NCBI GenBank assembly: GCA_965223265.1
Contig: OZ244999.1
Location: 7,328,001 to 7,392,000 of the forward strand
DNA from: Planctomycetota bacterium
GTDB taxonomy: Bacteria; Planctomycetota; UBA8108; SXIK01
Direction: 5' to 3'
Length of the DNA stretch: 64,000 nucleotides
In this document: piece after piece, positions 1 to 9,760 of the stretch
Layout of the letters: every line of letters starts with the position of its first letter
Position numbering within the stretch: position 1 is the first letter of the stretch
Made by a program: the position numbers and the translations under genes
The notes under the pieces: generated by a model
What the model saw: the letters and a program-made list of their open reading frames with translations, nothing else
Told to the model about the DNA's origin: nothing
The model's database searches: none

Positions 1-1083
1 GATGAGCGTGAACAACATGAAGCCGTGACCGAACGCAAGCGTGGCGGCAAGAAAGTGGCCGCCGTAGAGAAGGTCCACGAGAAGAAACGTTGTTACCGCG
101 CTCGCAGCCACCACGAGCTCACCCCAAAGAGGCAAAGTATACTCGGGGGCGCGACTGGTCTCGGCACCATCCCTCTCTTCGGGGCTCCTCCTCGACGAAG
201 GATTCCTAGCGCTGTACGCCAACGCGTTCTGCGGACACGCTTCGATGCAGAGGTGGCAACGGACACAGTCGAGGCTGCGAACAGCACCGAACTGCGTCGT
301 CTCTCGATGCACGTCGATCGCCGTCGGACACGCTGCGGTGCACGGCGCCACGTCCACCGATCGAGTTCCAGACGCACCGAGAGGCGCGCCCCCGCAGACG
401 TGGTTCAGCGGTCCGCCGTCACCGCCCGTAGCGTCGTTCGCAGCGCCGACGTCCGCCTCCACGGTACGAATGCCGCCGTTACTGCGACAACCAGCGACTC
501 GGCGTACACGAAAAAGAGACGTCCACTCGGTGACACGAAACAATGCTCCGTACGGACACACGAAGCGACAGAAACCGCGGCTCCCTAAAAAGAGAAGGAT
601 GCCCATGCCGCAGCACAGAAATGTGACGATCGATAGGACATATCCCGGCAAGGTGTCCCAAGGTGCGACGGCGGCAAGGTCCACTTTCAACGCCCACTCC
701 CCACGCTGCCATCGCCGCAACTGAGGTAAGAGAAAGATCATGACGAGAATCGCCCACGGGGCCCAGTGCAGGAATCGAGTGCGCACGACCGGAGCCTTCC
801 AGCCTAGCTTACGCAGAAGCCACGCGGCGAAGTCCTGCGTCGCGCCGAAATGGCATCCCCAACTGCAGAACAAGCGGCCGAACAGGAGCGCGGTAGCGTA
901 GACGACCAAAGTCAGCAGAGCACCGGCGGTCACCAGCCCTTCGCCGAGGAAGTGCCGAAAAAACGATTGGAAGTCGAGAGCCCCGACCGACCGCCAATCA
1001 AGCACGTAATACGCCACCACGTGCGCGACGAGTGCGACGTGCAGCAGGATCTGAAAGACGACGCGAGCTTGCGATGTTTTCAT
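1..1083 (-). CDS. Membrane-bound 4Fe-4S polyferredoxin (NapH/MauN/CcoG-like); runs off the window start, absent from the ORF track
   Basis: Manual translation from ATG at 1083: MKTSQARVVFQILLHVALV...GRLFCSWGCHFGATQD...SRGFCRFVCPYG...CTAACP...CVRCHLCIEACPQNAL; several hydrophobic helices; frame open to base 1. Confidence 0.85.
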   Translation of the reverse strand, partial: MKTSQARVVFQILLHVALVAHVVAYYVLDWRSVGALDFQSFFRHFLGEGLVTAGALLTLVVYATALLFGRLFCSWGCHFGATQDFAAWLLRKLGWKAPVVRTRFLHWAPWAILVMIFLLPQLRRWQRGEWALKVDLAAVAPWDTLPGYVLSIVTFLCCGMGILLFLGSRGFCRFVCPYGALFRVTEWTSLFRVRRVAGCRSNGGIRTVEADVGAANDATGGDGGPLNHVCGGAPLGASGTRSVDVAPCTAACPTAIDVHRETTQFGAVRSLDCVRCHLCIEACPQNALAYSARNPSSRRSPEERDGAETSRAPEYTLPLWGELVVAASAVTTFLLVDLLYGGHFLAATLAFGHGFMLFTLI

Positions 1084-1381
1084 AGGACGACGTGTCGGCG
1101 GGGCGAGACTCGCGGCGCCTCGACGCGCCGGTGCCGCGTCGCAAGAGAGAAGCCCGCGGCTCGATTCGCTCCTTCACATCATTCGGCAGCGCGGCGCGCG
1201 ATCCTGTCGATCCTGCTTCGAATCGTTACATGAGCGCGCCAAGCCACAGGCAACGTTGTCACGAACGAACGCCTCTGCCGCGAGACACGATTCGCTAGGT
1301 ACGGCCGCGCGCCCCGCACTGCACAGTGCTGAGCCTGGTGCCTCCGTCCAGTGTCGCACACAGCTGCGAGAGAGACTACTG

Positions 1382-1408
1382 CAAGCTTGTCGACCCTCTG
1401 CCCGATAA
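1382..1408 (+). promoter_or_regulatory. Sigma28/FliA-like promoter motif (CAAG-N15-CCCGATAA)
   Basis: Resembles TAAA-N15-GCCGATAA; the same spacing recurs at 37824-37850. Confidence 0.35.
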
Positions 1409-1584
1409 CCTCTGCGGGGCCGGCCTCGTGCATCTGCGCGGCGTTTACGGCGGCACTCAGGACCTGGCCCTGGTGTCTTTCTTTTGGTCTAGAGAAACAT
1501 CAAAATGGCGCAGCTGACGCCATCTCGTCACGTCGGTTGCGTTCCGTCGATCCACGTCTGCGTTTCCACTCTCTGGAGGGCGTC

Positions 1585-1974
1585 ATGAAGAGCGAAGACC
1601 CACGGGAAACCCTCGCCACGCGTCGACTCGTCATGTACTCGGATCTGAACGCCGCAGGGCGCCTCTTTGGTGGCCGCTTGATGGAATGGCTCGACGAGGC
1701 CACAGCCATGGTCGCCATGCGGATCATGCAAAGCCGCAGCATCGTCACGAAAAAGTTCGGCGAGGTCACGTTTGACGCCCCAGGGATGCTCGGCGATGAA
1801 GTAGAAATCTGGTGCCGAATCGCGAAAGAAGGTCGTACGTCCCTGACACTGGACTGTGAAGTGCGCGTGCGGTCGGTAACAGGTGACAAGACGCGTAGAA
1901 TCTGCACCTCGACGGTGGTGTACGTCGCTCTCGACGGCGATGGGCGCCCGACACCGTGGAAGGTCACGCGGTAA
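1585..1974 (+). CDS. Acyl-CoA thioesterase, hotdog fold (YciA-like)
   Basis: DLNAAGRLFGGRLMEWLDE motif, C-terminal VYVALDGDGRP; GGAGG RBS before ATG 1585. Confidence 0.9.
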   Translation: MKSEDPRETLATRRLVMYSDLNAAGRLFGGRLMEWLDEATAMVAMRIMQSRSIVTKKFGEVTFDAPGMLGDEVEIWCRIAKEGRTSLTLDCEVRVRSVTGDKTRRICTSTVVYVALDGDGRPTPWKVTR

Positions 1975-1996
1975 TGGAGGTTGACGGAGCGACGGC

Positions 1997-3556
1997 TCAG
2001 TGACGGAAGTGGCGCCTGCCGGTGACCACCATCGCAATGTTGCGCTCGTTCGCCGCGGCAATGACCTCCGCGTCGCGGACACTCCCACCCGGCTGCACGA
2101 CGGCCGTGGCTCCCGCGTCAGCGGCGGCGATGAGTCCGTCGGCGAACGGAAAAAACGCGTCAGACGCCACGGCCGCGCCACGAAGGTCGATGCCCGCCTG
2201 TGCCGCCTTCATCTCAGCAACCCGCACGGAATCGACGCGAGACATTTGACCCGCACCGACTGCGAGCGTGCGGTCATTCGAGGCGAAGAGAATAGCGTTC
2301 GACTTCACCGCCCGCACCACGCGCCAACCAAAGCGGAGCGCGTCCAACTCTGCAGGCGTCGGTTGGCGCTCGGTGACAACGTCAAACGGTTCGTGCGCCA
2401 GCGAGCCAACGTCGGATGTTTGCGCGAGGACGCCACCCGGTACAGCCCGAAGCTGCACCGACTCGTTAGCAAACAAACGCCGCGGGCAGCGCAGTAGAAT
2501 TCGGTTCTTCTTGTTTCGCAGCAGCTCGAGTGCTTCAGCGGAAAAGTCCGGGGCCACAAGAATCTCGATAAAGTGACCCCGCATCGCGGCCGCCGCTTCC
2601 GCATCGATCGCTTGGCTGCTGACGACGACTCCGCCGCTGGCCGAAACAGCGTCTGTCGCCAGGGCTTTGTCCCACGCCTCCTTAACGCTGCTCCCGATCG
2701 CCGCGCCGCACGGGTTCGAGTGTTTGACGATGACCACAGCGCAGCCGAGCTCGCCAAGGTTTTCGGCAAGCTCCTTCGTCCCCATCAGATCGAGAATATT
2801 ATTGTACGAGATCTCCTTGCCGTGCAGCTGCTCGAACGGTTCCAAAACGGCGCCGTACAATGCGGCACGCTGATGAGGATTCTCTCCGTAGCGCAGACTT
2901 CGCTCGCGACAGAGCTGCAGCTCCAGAGATGACGGTAGCTCGAGCTCGGCGGGTGATTCAGCCTGGCCGGCAAGGTATCGAGCGATTGCGGAATCGTAGG
3001 CAGCAGTACGTCGAAACGCCTTGAGCGCCATACGCTGGCGAAACTCGAGTTCAGTCGCGCCGGCGTTGGCTTGCATCTGAGAAACCACCTCGCCATAGTC
3101 CCCCGGCGAGACGATCACAGTCACATGGGCATGGTTTTTCGCCGCACTTCGCGTCATACCAGGACCACCGATGTCGATTTGCTCGATCGCCTCAGCTCGC
3201 GTCACCCCTGGCTTCGCCACGGTGGCTTCAAACGGATAGAGATTGACGACGACGAGATCAATCGATTCGAACCCTTCGCGCTCCACGGTATCCGCATGTG
3301 ACTTCTCGTCTCGCCGCCACAAAAGACCAGCGTGGACGCGGTGGTGAAGCGTCTTGATGCGCCCGTCGAGCATCTCCGCAAGTCCCGTGAAATCTTCGAT
3401 AGGGCGGACCGAAATGCCTGCTTCTTCAAGCGCCTTGGCAGTGCCACCGGTCGAAATGATTTCAACGTCGAACTCTCTGAGCTGCGCGACGAAGTCTACG
3501 AGGCCAGACTTGTCGGAAACACTGACGAGCGCACGACGAATGGGATTCTGCGTCAT
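1997..3556 (-). CDS. purH: Bifunctional AICAR transformylase/IMP cyclohydrolase
   Basis: [63 protein letters not shown]; start placed at MTQNPIRR. Confidence 0.97.
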   Translation of the reverse strand: MTQNPIRRALVSVSDKSGLVDFVAQLREFDVEIISTGGTAKALEEAGISVRPIEDFTGLAEMLDGRIKTLHHRVHAGLLWRRDEKSHADTVEREGFESIDLVVVNLYPFEATVAKPGVTRAEAIEQIDIGGPGMTRSAAKNHAHVTVIVSPGDYGEVVSQMQANAGATELEFRQRMALKAFRRTAAYDSAIARYLAGQAESPAELELPSSLELQLCRERSLRYGENPHQRAALYGAVLEPFEQLHGKEISYNNILDLMGTKELAENLGELGCAVVIVKHSNPCGAAIGSSVKEAWDKALATDAVSASGGVVVSSQAIDAEAAAAMRGHFIEILVAPDFSAEALELLRNKKNRILLRCPRRLFANESVQLRAVPGGVLAQTSDVGSLAHEPFDVVTERQPTPAELDALRFGWRVVRAVKSNAILFASNDRTLAVGAGQMSRVDSVRVAEMKAAQAGIDLRGAAVASDAFFPFADGLIAAADAGATAVVQPGGSVRDAEVIAAANERNIAMVVTGRRHFRH

Positions 3557-3925
3557 ATGTTCTTGTTCCTCAAAAGCGGTCGGGAAAGACGCCATCAATC
3601 TTACTGCTGTGTCGCTGACAAGAAAAAACTTTCGCCGACAGCGAAACACGGCAGGCCGTGGTCCACGTTGCGCTGCTTGACTGAGTTCCTGAGTCACAGA
3701 GCCGCCGCAGCAGGGAAGCGCAGCAGGAGCCGAGGCGTCACCCGCCGGCCGATAATCGGCCGACGAGTCGAAAAAGCGCCCCACCAACACGATTCGTGCA
3801 AAGGCGATAGTTCCATCGGTCGATGCAGAAAAGAGCAGCGTTTGGCGATGCCGGGGTCGACATCTGCGATCTCGTAGCGACTCTCGTCGCCGAAACGGTT
3901 TTCTGCAGCATAGGATCACGACGCG

Positions 3926-4978
3926 ATGACCGAGCCGGAAGCCTCGAAGACAAGCCTCGAAAGCCGATTGGGGGTCTTCCTCCTGAAGGACCCCACGATG
4001 ATCGAGCGCCTCCCGTCCACCCTGGCTAAGCTGCTGGACAAGCTCGTCGAGGCGAACTCATTGGAGCCCGTTCTCTACCACCTCGTTGAGGAAAACGACG
4101 CGTTGTCGACGATCTCCGCTGACCGACTCTCGAGATGGAAGATGTCGCGGCTGTGCTCCAGCGCCCGAGCTTCAAGCTATCGAGCCACGTTCGACGAGCT
4201 CATCGAACGATTCACCGAAGCCAACGTTCCAGTGCGGCTCTTGCGGAGCACGCAAGTCGCCTTCTACCTGTGCGAAGATCCGGAACTTCACCCGATCGCA
4301 GAACTCGAGCTTCAAGTGCCACTCGATCGTAGCGTGGCAGCGTACAAGCTACTCAAGTCTCACGGTTTCAACGAGCTCGACGATTTGGCGGAGATCGCGG
4401 AGAGCGTTTCTCACCACCTACCACGTCTCGAGCGCGACGGTGTGACGGTCACACTCTTCAAGCGTTCCTGCCTCGGCCTGGGGGTTGACCCGGATGACCC
4501 GTTTCCCATGTTGCGTCCCGTGGCGCAGAACAACCCCGAAGTGCTACGCGGCGAGCCGCTCATGACACTACTGGTCCTGGAGATTTTCGAGCAATGCTTC
4601 CGACGCGCGTTAGCTACCTTGCTTGACCTACACCGCGTCCTGCATCAACTCAAAATCGACTGGGCCGTCGTCTCCGAAATCGTTGCCCGGCTCGGCGCGG
4701 AGCGCCACTTCTTCTGTATCTGCCGTCTTCTCCAAGAACTGTTCGATTCCCCAGTCGACGCAGAGTTCCTGCAGAAGCTTGAGGCCCACGACAGTGTCAC
4801 CCAGGAATTCGCATCAGAGGCATTGCCTCTGGCCCGCCGGCTTGTCGTCACCGCGCCGATTCCGCTCGACGAGCTGCGCCAGGTCCAAGGTTACTTCGCC
4901 GCTGAAGAAGTACACGACGCCGAACTCGCGCGGGAGACTCAGGTGCTGCCGCGCCTGAACGTCCAGCCACGCCCGTGA
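3926..4978 (+). CDS. Uncharacterised nucleotidyltransferase family (NTP_transf_5-like) protein with degenerate active site
   Basis: Scaffold VPVRLLRS...LCEDPELHPIAELELQVP...HHLP...GVTVTLF...LLDL...IDW matches the family pattern, but the KG, DxD and ELH motifs are replaced. Confidence 0.6.
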   Translation: MTEPEASKTSLESRLGVFLLKDPTMIERLPSTLAKLLDKLVEANSLEPVLYHLVEENDALSTISADRLSRWKMSRLCSSARASSYRATFDELIERFTEANVPVRLLRSTQVAFYLCEDPELHPIAELELQVPLDRSVAAYKLLKSHGFNELDDLAEIAESVSHHLPRLERDGVTVTLFKRSCLGLGVDPDDPFPMLRPVAQNNPEVLRGEPLMTLLVLEIFEQCFRRALATLLDLHRVLHQLKIDWAVVSEIVARLGAERHFFCICRLLQELFDSPVDAEFLQKLEAHDSVTQEFASEALPLARRLVVTAPIPLDELRQVQGYFAAEEVHDAELARETQVLPRLNVQPRP

Positions 4979-5141
4979 GTCGCAGCTCAGATTCTGTCGC
5001 CAGATCTCGCATCGGCACCGCCAGGCGCGATGGTTTACATCGGCCGCTAAACCGCTAAGCTGTCGAGCGGGACGCTGGAGTCGGGCGAGCGCTAGACACC
5101 AGCGAGCATCGTTTCGGTCCGCGCGGATCGCGGGAGTCGCC

Positions 5142-6233
5142 ATGAAGAACCCAATTTCCACGTCGCCCCTCGGCGCCGTTGTTGTCACTGCTGCAGCGAT
5201 GGCTTCGGTATTCTACGCCTGGCCTGCATCCGGCTCAGCCGTAGACCGATCGGAATCGAGGCATACTCCGTCACGCGTCGTGCCGCCCGCGCTACAGCCC
5301 GGCGACACCATCGCCTTGGTAGCTCCCGCAAGTTCAGTGGACACTGCGACGTTTAAAAATGCGGCAACCATCCTTCGGGACCTCGGCTTCCGGGTCGTCT
5401 ACTACCCCGCCGCCACGCGCCGCGGCTATCTCGCCGCCGACGATTCGACGCGCGCGGGTGAGTTGAACGCGTTCATTCGCAGCCCAGACGTCAAGGCGAT
5501 CATCTGCATGCGAGGCGGCTATGGCACACCTCGAATCCTCGACAAGGTCGACTACAACACTCTCAGGTCTAACCCCAAGATTCTCGTCGGCTATAGCGAC
5601 ATCACCGCACTTCTCCTCGCCGCCGAACGCCACGCAGGTCTCGTCGTCTTCCACGGCCCGATCGGGGCGGATCTTGTGAGTGGGGCGAAGAAAGGATTCT
5701 CTCCCTTCACCGCGGACCACTTATGGCCGGCGCTGGGCGGTGACACGTCTCGGTTTTCCCGCTGGGGACGGCAACCCGGCGAGAGATTTCGCGCACTGGT
5801 ATCCGGCGAAGCCAGCGGCCGACTCACCGGAGGCAACCTCAGCTTGGTGTGCGCGACACTCGGCACTCCGTATGAGATCGACACTCGCGACGCGATTCTG
5901 TTCCTCGAAGACGTCAACGAAAAGGCGTTTCGCATTGACCGTATGCTCGCACAGCTGCGGCTCTCCGGAAAACTGAAGACGATTCGTGGCGTCGTGCTCG
6001 GCAGTTTTCTCAACTGCGGCAAGGAACGGGACGCGATTCCTCTCGATACAATCTTTCACGACTATTTCGAATCGCTTGGTGTGCCCGTGTTGGCAGGCTT
6101 CCCGGCCGGTCACGGCTTACGCGATCATGCCATGTTGCCACTAGGTGCAAGGGTCCGACTTGATGCGACGGCCGGCACTCTCTCGATCTTGGAAAACATA
6201 GTTGATCCGGTCCTTCCGTCCAGCGGCGAATGA
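5142..6233 (+). CDS. LD-carboxypeptidase, peptidase S66 (LdcA/MccF family), with N-terminal signal-like segment
   Basis: IALVAPAS, RGGYG, GYSDIT (Ser nucleophile), GGNLS, LFLEDVNE (Glu), FPAGH (His). Confidence 0.92.
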   Translation: MKNPISTSPLGAVVVTAAAMASVFYAWPASGSAVDRSESRHTPSRVVPPALQPGDTIALVAPASSVDTATFKNAATILRDLGFRVVYYPAATRRGYLAADDSTRAGELNAFIRSPDVKAIICMRGGYGTPRILDKVDYNTLRSNPKILVGYSDITALLLAAERHAGLVVFHGPIGADLVSGAKKGFSPFTADHLWPALGGDTSRFSRWGRQPGERFRALVSGEASGRLTGGNLSLVCATLGTPYEIDTRDAILFLEDVNEKAFRIDRMLAQLRLSGKLKTIRGVVLGSFLNCGKERDAIPLDTIFHDYFESLGVPVLAGFPAGHGLRDHAMLPLGARVRLDATAGTLSILENIVDPVLPSSGE

Positions 6234-6290
6234 GCCTGGAATCAAGCGAGAGGACCGCCGCCGCGAAATGGCTGAACTCGAGCGGAGATT

Positions 6291-8297
6291 ATGACACCCG
6301 GACGCGGCACCCAGCCAACCTCCTCCCCGCCGGGAAAACGTTGGCCTGCAGCAGGAGTGATCCTCATCGCGCTTGCCGCTTACGCGAACACACTCCCAGG
6401 CGACTTCGTCTTCGACGACCAAGAGTTGATCGAAAAAGACGCGGGGCTCCGCGATTTCGATCTCCGACGCATCTTCCTATCGGACTATTGGGGTCCGCGG
6501 CGGGCAAGCAATGTCTATCGCCCGGTCGTGCTCTTGACCTACGCACTCAATTTTCGCTGCGGCGACGCGGCGTGGGGCTTCCATCTCGTCAACGTTCTTC
6601 TCAACGCCGCAGTGGCGCTGCTGAGCTACTGGGTTCTGGTACAACTGGTCGGCGATCAACTGGTGGCGTTTCTCTGCGCTTCGCTCTATGCCTTGCTGCC
6701 GATCCACGTCGAGGCCGTCGCCAACATCGTGGGACGTGCTGAACTGCTGGCGGCAGCAGCGACTTTCGCGGCATGGTTGATCGTGCTCAAGGATCCATCG
6801 CCGACGGGAGCGCGCGCCTGGCGACAGACAGTCGGTGTCGGCATGCTGACGTTCGTCGGTATGCTCGCCAAAGAAAACAGCGTCGTCATCCTGCCTCTGC
6901 TACTCGTCACCGCCGCGATTCGCCGCCAAACGCTCCCGTGGGGGGCATTCCTCGGCGCGGCGATCGCGATCGGTGCCAACCTGCTCGTTCGGCGCGTTGG
7001 GGTTGACGCGACGGACCTTGGCGCGTCGCTCATCGACAACCCGCTGGCGCACGTTGAACCCTTGACGCGCGGCGTCAACGCGCTGGGGCTTCTTGGCGTC
7101 TACGCCTTCAAGACAGTCGCCCCTTTTCACCTCTCGGCAGATTATTCCTACAACCAAATCCCGGTCAAGCCACTCGGCAGTGCACTGACTTGGTTCAGCG
7201 CCGGGACGGTCGTACTCGGCGCAGGGGCGACCATAACGCTAGCGTGGCGCCGCCTGCCGTTGCTAGCACTCGCTACGACTTTCTTTTTGATCGCCTTTCT
7301 TCCGACTTCGAACGTCCTCTTTCCGATCGGCACAATTTTCGCGGAACGCTTAGCGTTTCTGCCGTCGTTCGCGTATCCACTTCTTCTCGCCGCCGTCACA
7401 ACCAAGTTCCTGGAGCGCCAACCGACGAGAAGGCGCCCTATAGTCTGCACGGTCCTAGCGCTCCTCTGTTTGCTGTACGGGGGACGCTCGATCGTGCGCA
7501 ACGAGGACTGGAGCACGCGCCAAACGCTCAAAGCGCGGATCGCACTCGATGCTCCCAACAGCACCCGAAGCCACTCGATCGCCGCTGAGGCTCACATGCT
7601 GAAGGCGGAAGAGCATCGACTGAGCTCTGGCCCTGAGAGCCAGCAAGCGCAGGCTGCTTTTGCGCTCGCCACGCAAAAGCTCAAGCGTGCCCTCGAGATC
7701 TATCCAAACAATACGCGCTCGCTCGCGAAGCTAGGCCAGCTGCACCTTGACTTCGGCCACCCCGACGAGGCGCTCAAATACTTAAACTCAAGCCACGACG
7801 CGATGCGGAAGACCAAAACACCGGTACCGGAGGCACTCATCTTCCGCGCTCAAGCGCTCGTCATGCTTGGTCGGCCTGAGGAAGCGCAGAACGACCTTAC
7901 AGAGTATTTCGCCTACACGCGGCGCACGTCGTACCCGGTTCACTTCACCGCCCACCAGTTCCTCGGGATGGCCCTCGCCGCGCAGGGACGGCTCGAGGCG
8001 GCGCTGCGGGAATTCACCGCGGCGGTTGATCTGCGACCTGACCTGCCAGAAATTTGGCGCAATCGCGGCTACTGCCGTTCACTTTTGGGGCAGTTCGACG
8101 CAGCGATCACAGACTACCAAGTTGGTGCGGACGTCTGCCGTCGACTCGGAGTGTTCTACGCGCCGCCGCCACGAGAAAGTGTCTGGCTTTTCTATCGGTT
8201 GATCGCCAACGCCCATCGAGAAACTGGCAACGAAGGAGCGGCGCAAAAGTTCGAGGCGGAAGCGGCGCAGATGCAGTCAGCCCACACTGCGAGGTAG
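6291..8297 (+). CDS. TMTC-like GT-C membrane glycosyltransferase with C-terminal TPR repeats
   Basis: FVFDD, YRP, FHLVNV, IHVEAVANIVGRAELL, LAKEN, LSADYS, FAERLAFLPS, RNEDW; many TM helices followed by TPR-like repeats. Confidence 0.85.
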   Translation: MTPGRGTQPTSSPPGKRWPAAGVILIALAAYANTLPGDFVFDDQELIEKDAGLRDFDLRRIFLSDYWGPRRASNVYRPVVLLTYALNFRCGDAAWGFHLVNVLLNAAVALLSYWVLVQLVGDQLVAFLCASLYALLPIHVEAVANIVGRAELLAAAATFAAWLIVLKDPSPTGARAWRQTVGVGMLTFVGMLAKENSVVILPLLLVTAAIRRQTLPWGAFLGAAIAIGANLLVRRVGVDATDLGASLIDNPLAHVEPLTRGVNALGLLGVYAFKTVAPFHLSADYSYNQIPVKPLGSALTWFSAGTVVLGAGATITLAWRRLPLLALATTFFLIAFLPTSNVLFPIGTIFAERLAFLPSFAYPLLLAAVTTKFLERQPTRRRPIVCTVLALLCLLYGGRSIVRNEDWSTRQTLKARIALDAPNSTRSHSIAAEAHMLKAEEHRLSSGPESQQAQAAFALATQKLKRALEIYPNNTRSLAKLGQLHLDFGHPDEALKYLNSSHDAMRKTKTPVPEALIFRAQALVMLGRPEEAQNDLTEYFAYTRRTSYPVHFTAHQFLGMALAAQGRLEAALREFTAAVDLRPDLPEIWRNRGYCRSLLGQFDAAITDYQVGADVCRRLGVFYAPPPRESVWLFYRLIANAHRETGNEGAAQKFEAEAAQMQSAHTAR

Positions 8298-8374
8298 GCA
8301 GCGCAAAGATCGGCTCCGGAGATCCAGTCGGCCTCGGAGATGAATACGACGACACTACCCATCGGCGCGGGTTA

Positions 8375-8629
8375 CCTCGAGTTTGGCCATTTCGCGCCGG
8401 CCTGGCCGGACGAGTTTCGCGGGGGTTCCGAGGCCCTTTCGACTTTTTCGTACCCTGAGAACCCTTGTGCCCATTCAAAATCTCCTGTCCGGCCCTTCGG
8501 GGAACGCCAGGAGCGCCGATGCCTGCGCCCGTCCTCCGCCACGACCCGAGCGGGATCGCGCCCGAGTCGCTCCTTGGCCTCGACGCTCCTGGCGCTGGCA
8601 GGCTCGACGCGAAATGGCCAAACTCGAGG
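8375..8629. mobile_element. MITE family 1 (255 bp), copy A
   Basis: 22-bp perfect TIR CCTCGAGTTTGGCCATTTCGCG, TA on both sides; about 94% identical (15 differences by hand count) to the inverted copy at 34057-34311. Confidence 0.85.
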
Positions 8630-8631
8630 TA

Positions 8632-8811
8632 ACAGCCCGCCTGAAAAAGTGCTTCGAGCCGAAAACTGGTCTCTTTGCGTCCAGATCGGCCGCGGCAAAC
8701 GCAGGTAATCTCCGAGCCCTCTTCTATAAGGTATTACGGCGAGTATTGACACGGTCGAGCTGGGCGTGAAGAGGCCGGTTCTCGGCCGAATGACTTTTTC
8801 AGGCGGGCTGG
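8632..8811. mobile_element. MITE family 2 (180 bp), copy A, abutting family 1 through a shared TA
   Basis: TIR CAGCCCGCCTGAAAAAGT/ACTTTTTCAGGCGGGCTG, TA flanks; homologues at 23897, 30541 and 33876. Confidence 0.85.
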
Positions 8812-8876
8812 TAGAGTCACCCAACTCACGCGTTCACCCCCAGCCCACCCCTCACCATAGACGAGGAAGGAGATCG

Positions 8877-9590
8877 ATGTCTCGTTCTCTTGAAGATCAG
8901 CACGTACTTCTCACCGGCGCCTCGCATGGAATCGGCCGCGAGCTCGCGTTTCAGCTTGCAGGTGATGGCGTCAAGTTGTCGATCTGCGGACGCGACGCTG
9001 AAGCCCTCGACGACACTGCGAGTCGTTGCCGACGCAGCGGTTCACCGCACGTTCACACTGGCGCGTTCGATCTCTGCGACGACGCACAGTTGATGCAGTT
9101 CATTTCCGACGCTGTCGCGACGAACGGCGATGTCGACATCCTCGTCAACAACGCCGCATGGAACCAAAAGGGACTGGTGCACGAGGCTCCGATCGACGAC
9201 TTCGATGCCATCGTCGGCGTCGGACTGCGGGCACCTTTTCTCTTCATCCGCTCGATTCTGCCTCGCATGATCGAACGCCGGTCCGGACACATCATCAACG
9301 TCCTGTCCACCGTATGCCACTTCGGGAACGAACGTATGGCGGTGTACACCGCCGCGAAGAACGGCCTCGAAGGTCTCCACAGTGTCCTCGTCAAAGAAGC
9401 GCGCGAACATGACATCAAGGTCACTGCGGTGTATCCGGGAGGAACGGACACCGGCTTTCGTCCTAACAAGCGCCCCGACTACATGCGCCCGGAGAGCGCC
9501 GCTCAAGCGATCCGCGCGACTCTTCTTTTGCCGCCTGATGTCGTGGTGCACGACCTCACCTTCAGGCCTATGGTCGAAACCAACTTCTGA
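8877..9590 (+). CDS. Short-chain dehydrogenase/reductase (SDR)
   Basis: TGASHGIG, NNAA, YTAAK; AGGAG RBS before ATG 8877. Confidence 0.93.
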   Translation: MSRSLEDQHVLLTGASHGIGRELAFQLAGDGVKLSICGRDAEALDDTASRCRRSGSPHVHTGAFDLCDDAQLMQFISDAVATNGDVDILVNNAAWNQKGLVHEAPIDDFDAIVGVGLRAPFLFIRSILPRMIERRSGHIINVLSTVCHFGNERMAVYTAAKNGLEGLHSVLVKEAREHDIKVTAVYPGGTDTGFRPNKRPDYMRPESAAQAIRATLLLPPDVVVHDLTFRPMVETNF

Positions 9591-9760
9591 GTTATCCTCA
9601 ACGCCTTCAGAACGAAGCGGAAGTGCGCACTCGCTCGCCGTATGGCGCACAATCGGTGGCGCGCTCGCGCACCGTCTCTTGCAGACGCTCGTAATGCTGC
9701 CGCACGGAGCACTCGATGAACGAGCAATGTTCTGAGTCTTCAACGCCACGCGGAGAGCCG

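Noticed and set aside
8340-8824. ORFs of 122-208 aa spanning the MITEs (also 33677-34303 and 23601-24194)
   Set aside because: No transposase motifs, and the frames differ between copies within element 2; explained by GC-rich repeat DNA
8766-8876. N-terminal extension of the SDR ORF starting inside the MITE
   Set aside because: A better RBS and ATG at 8877 sit just before the Rossmann motif
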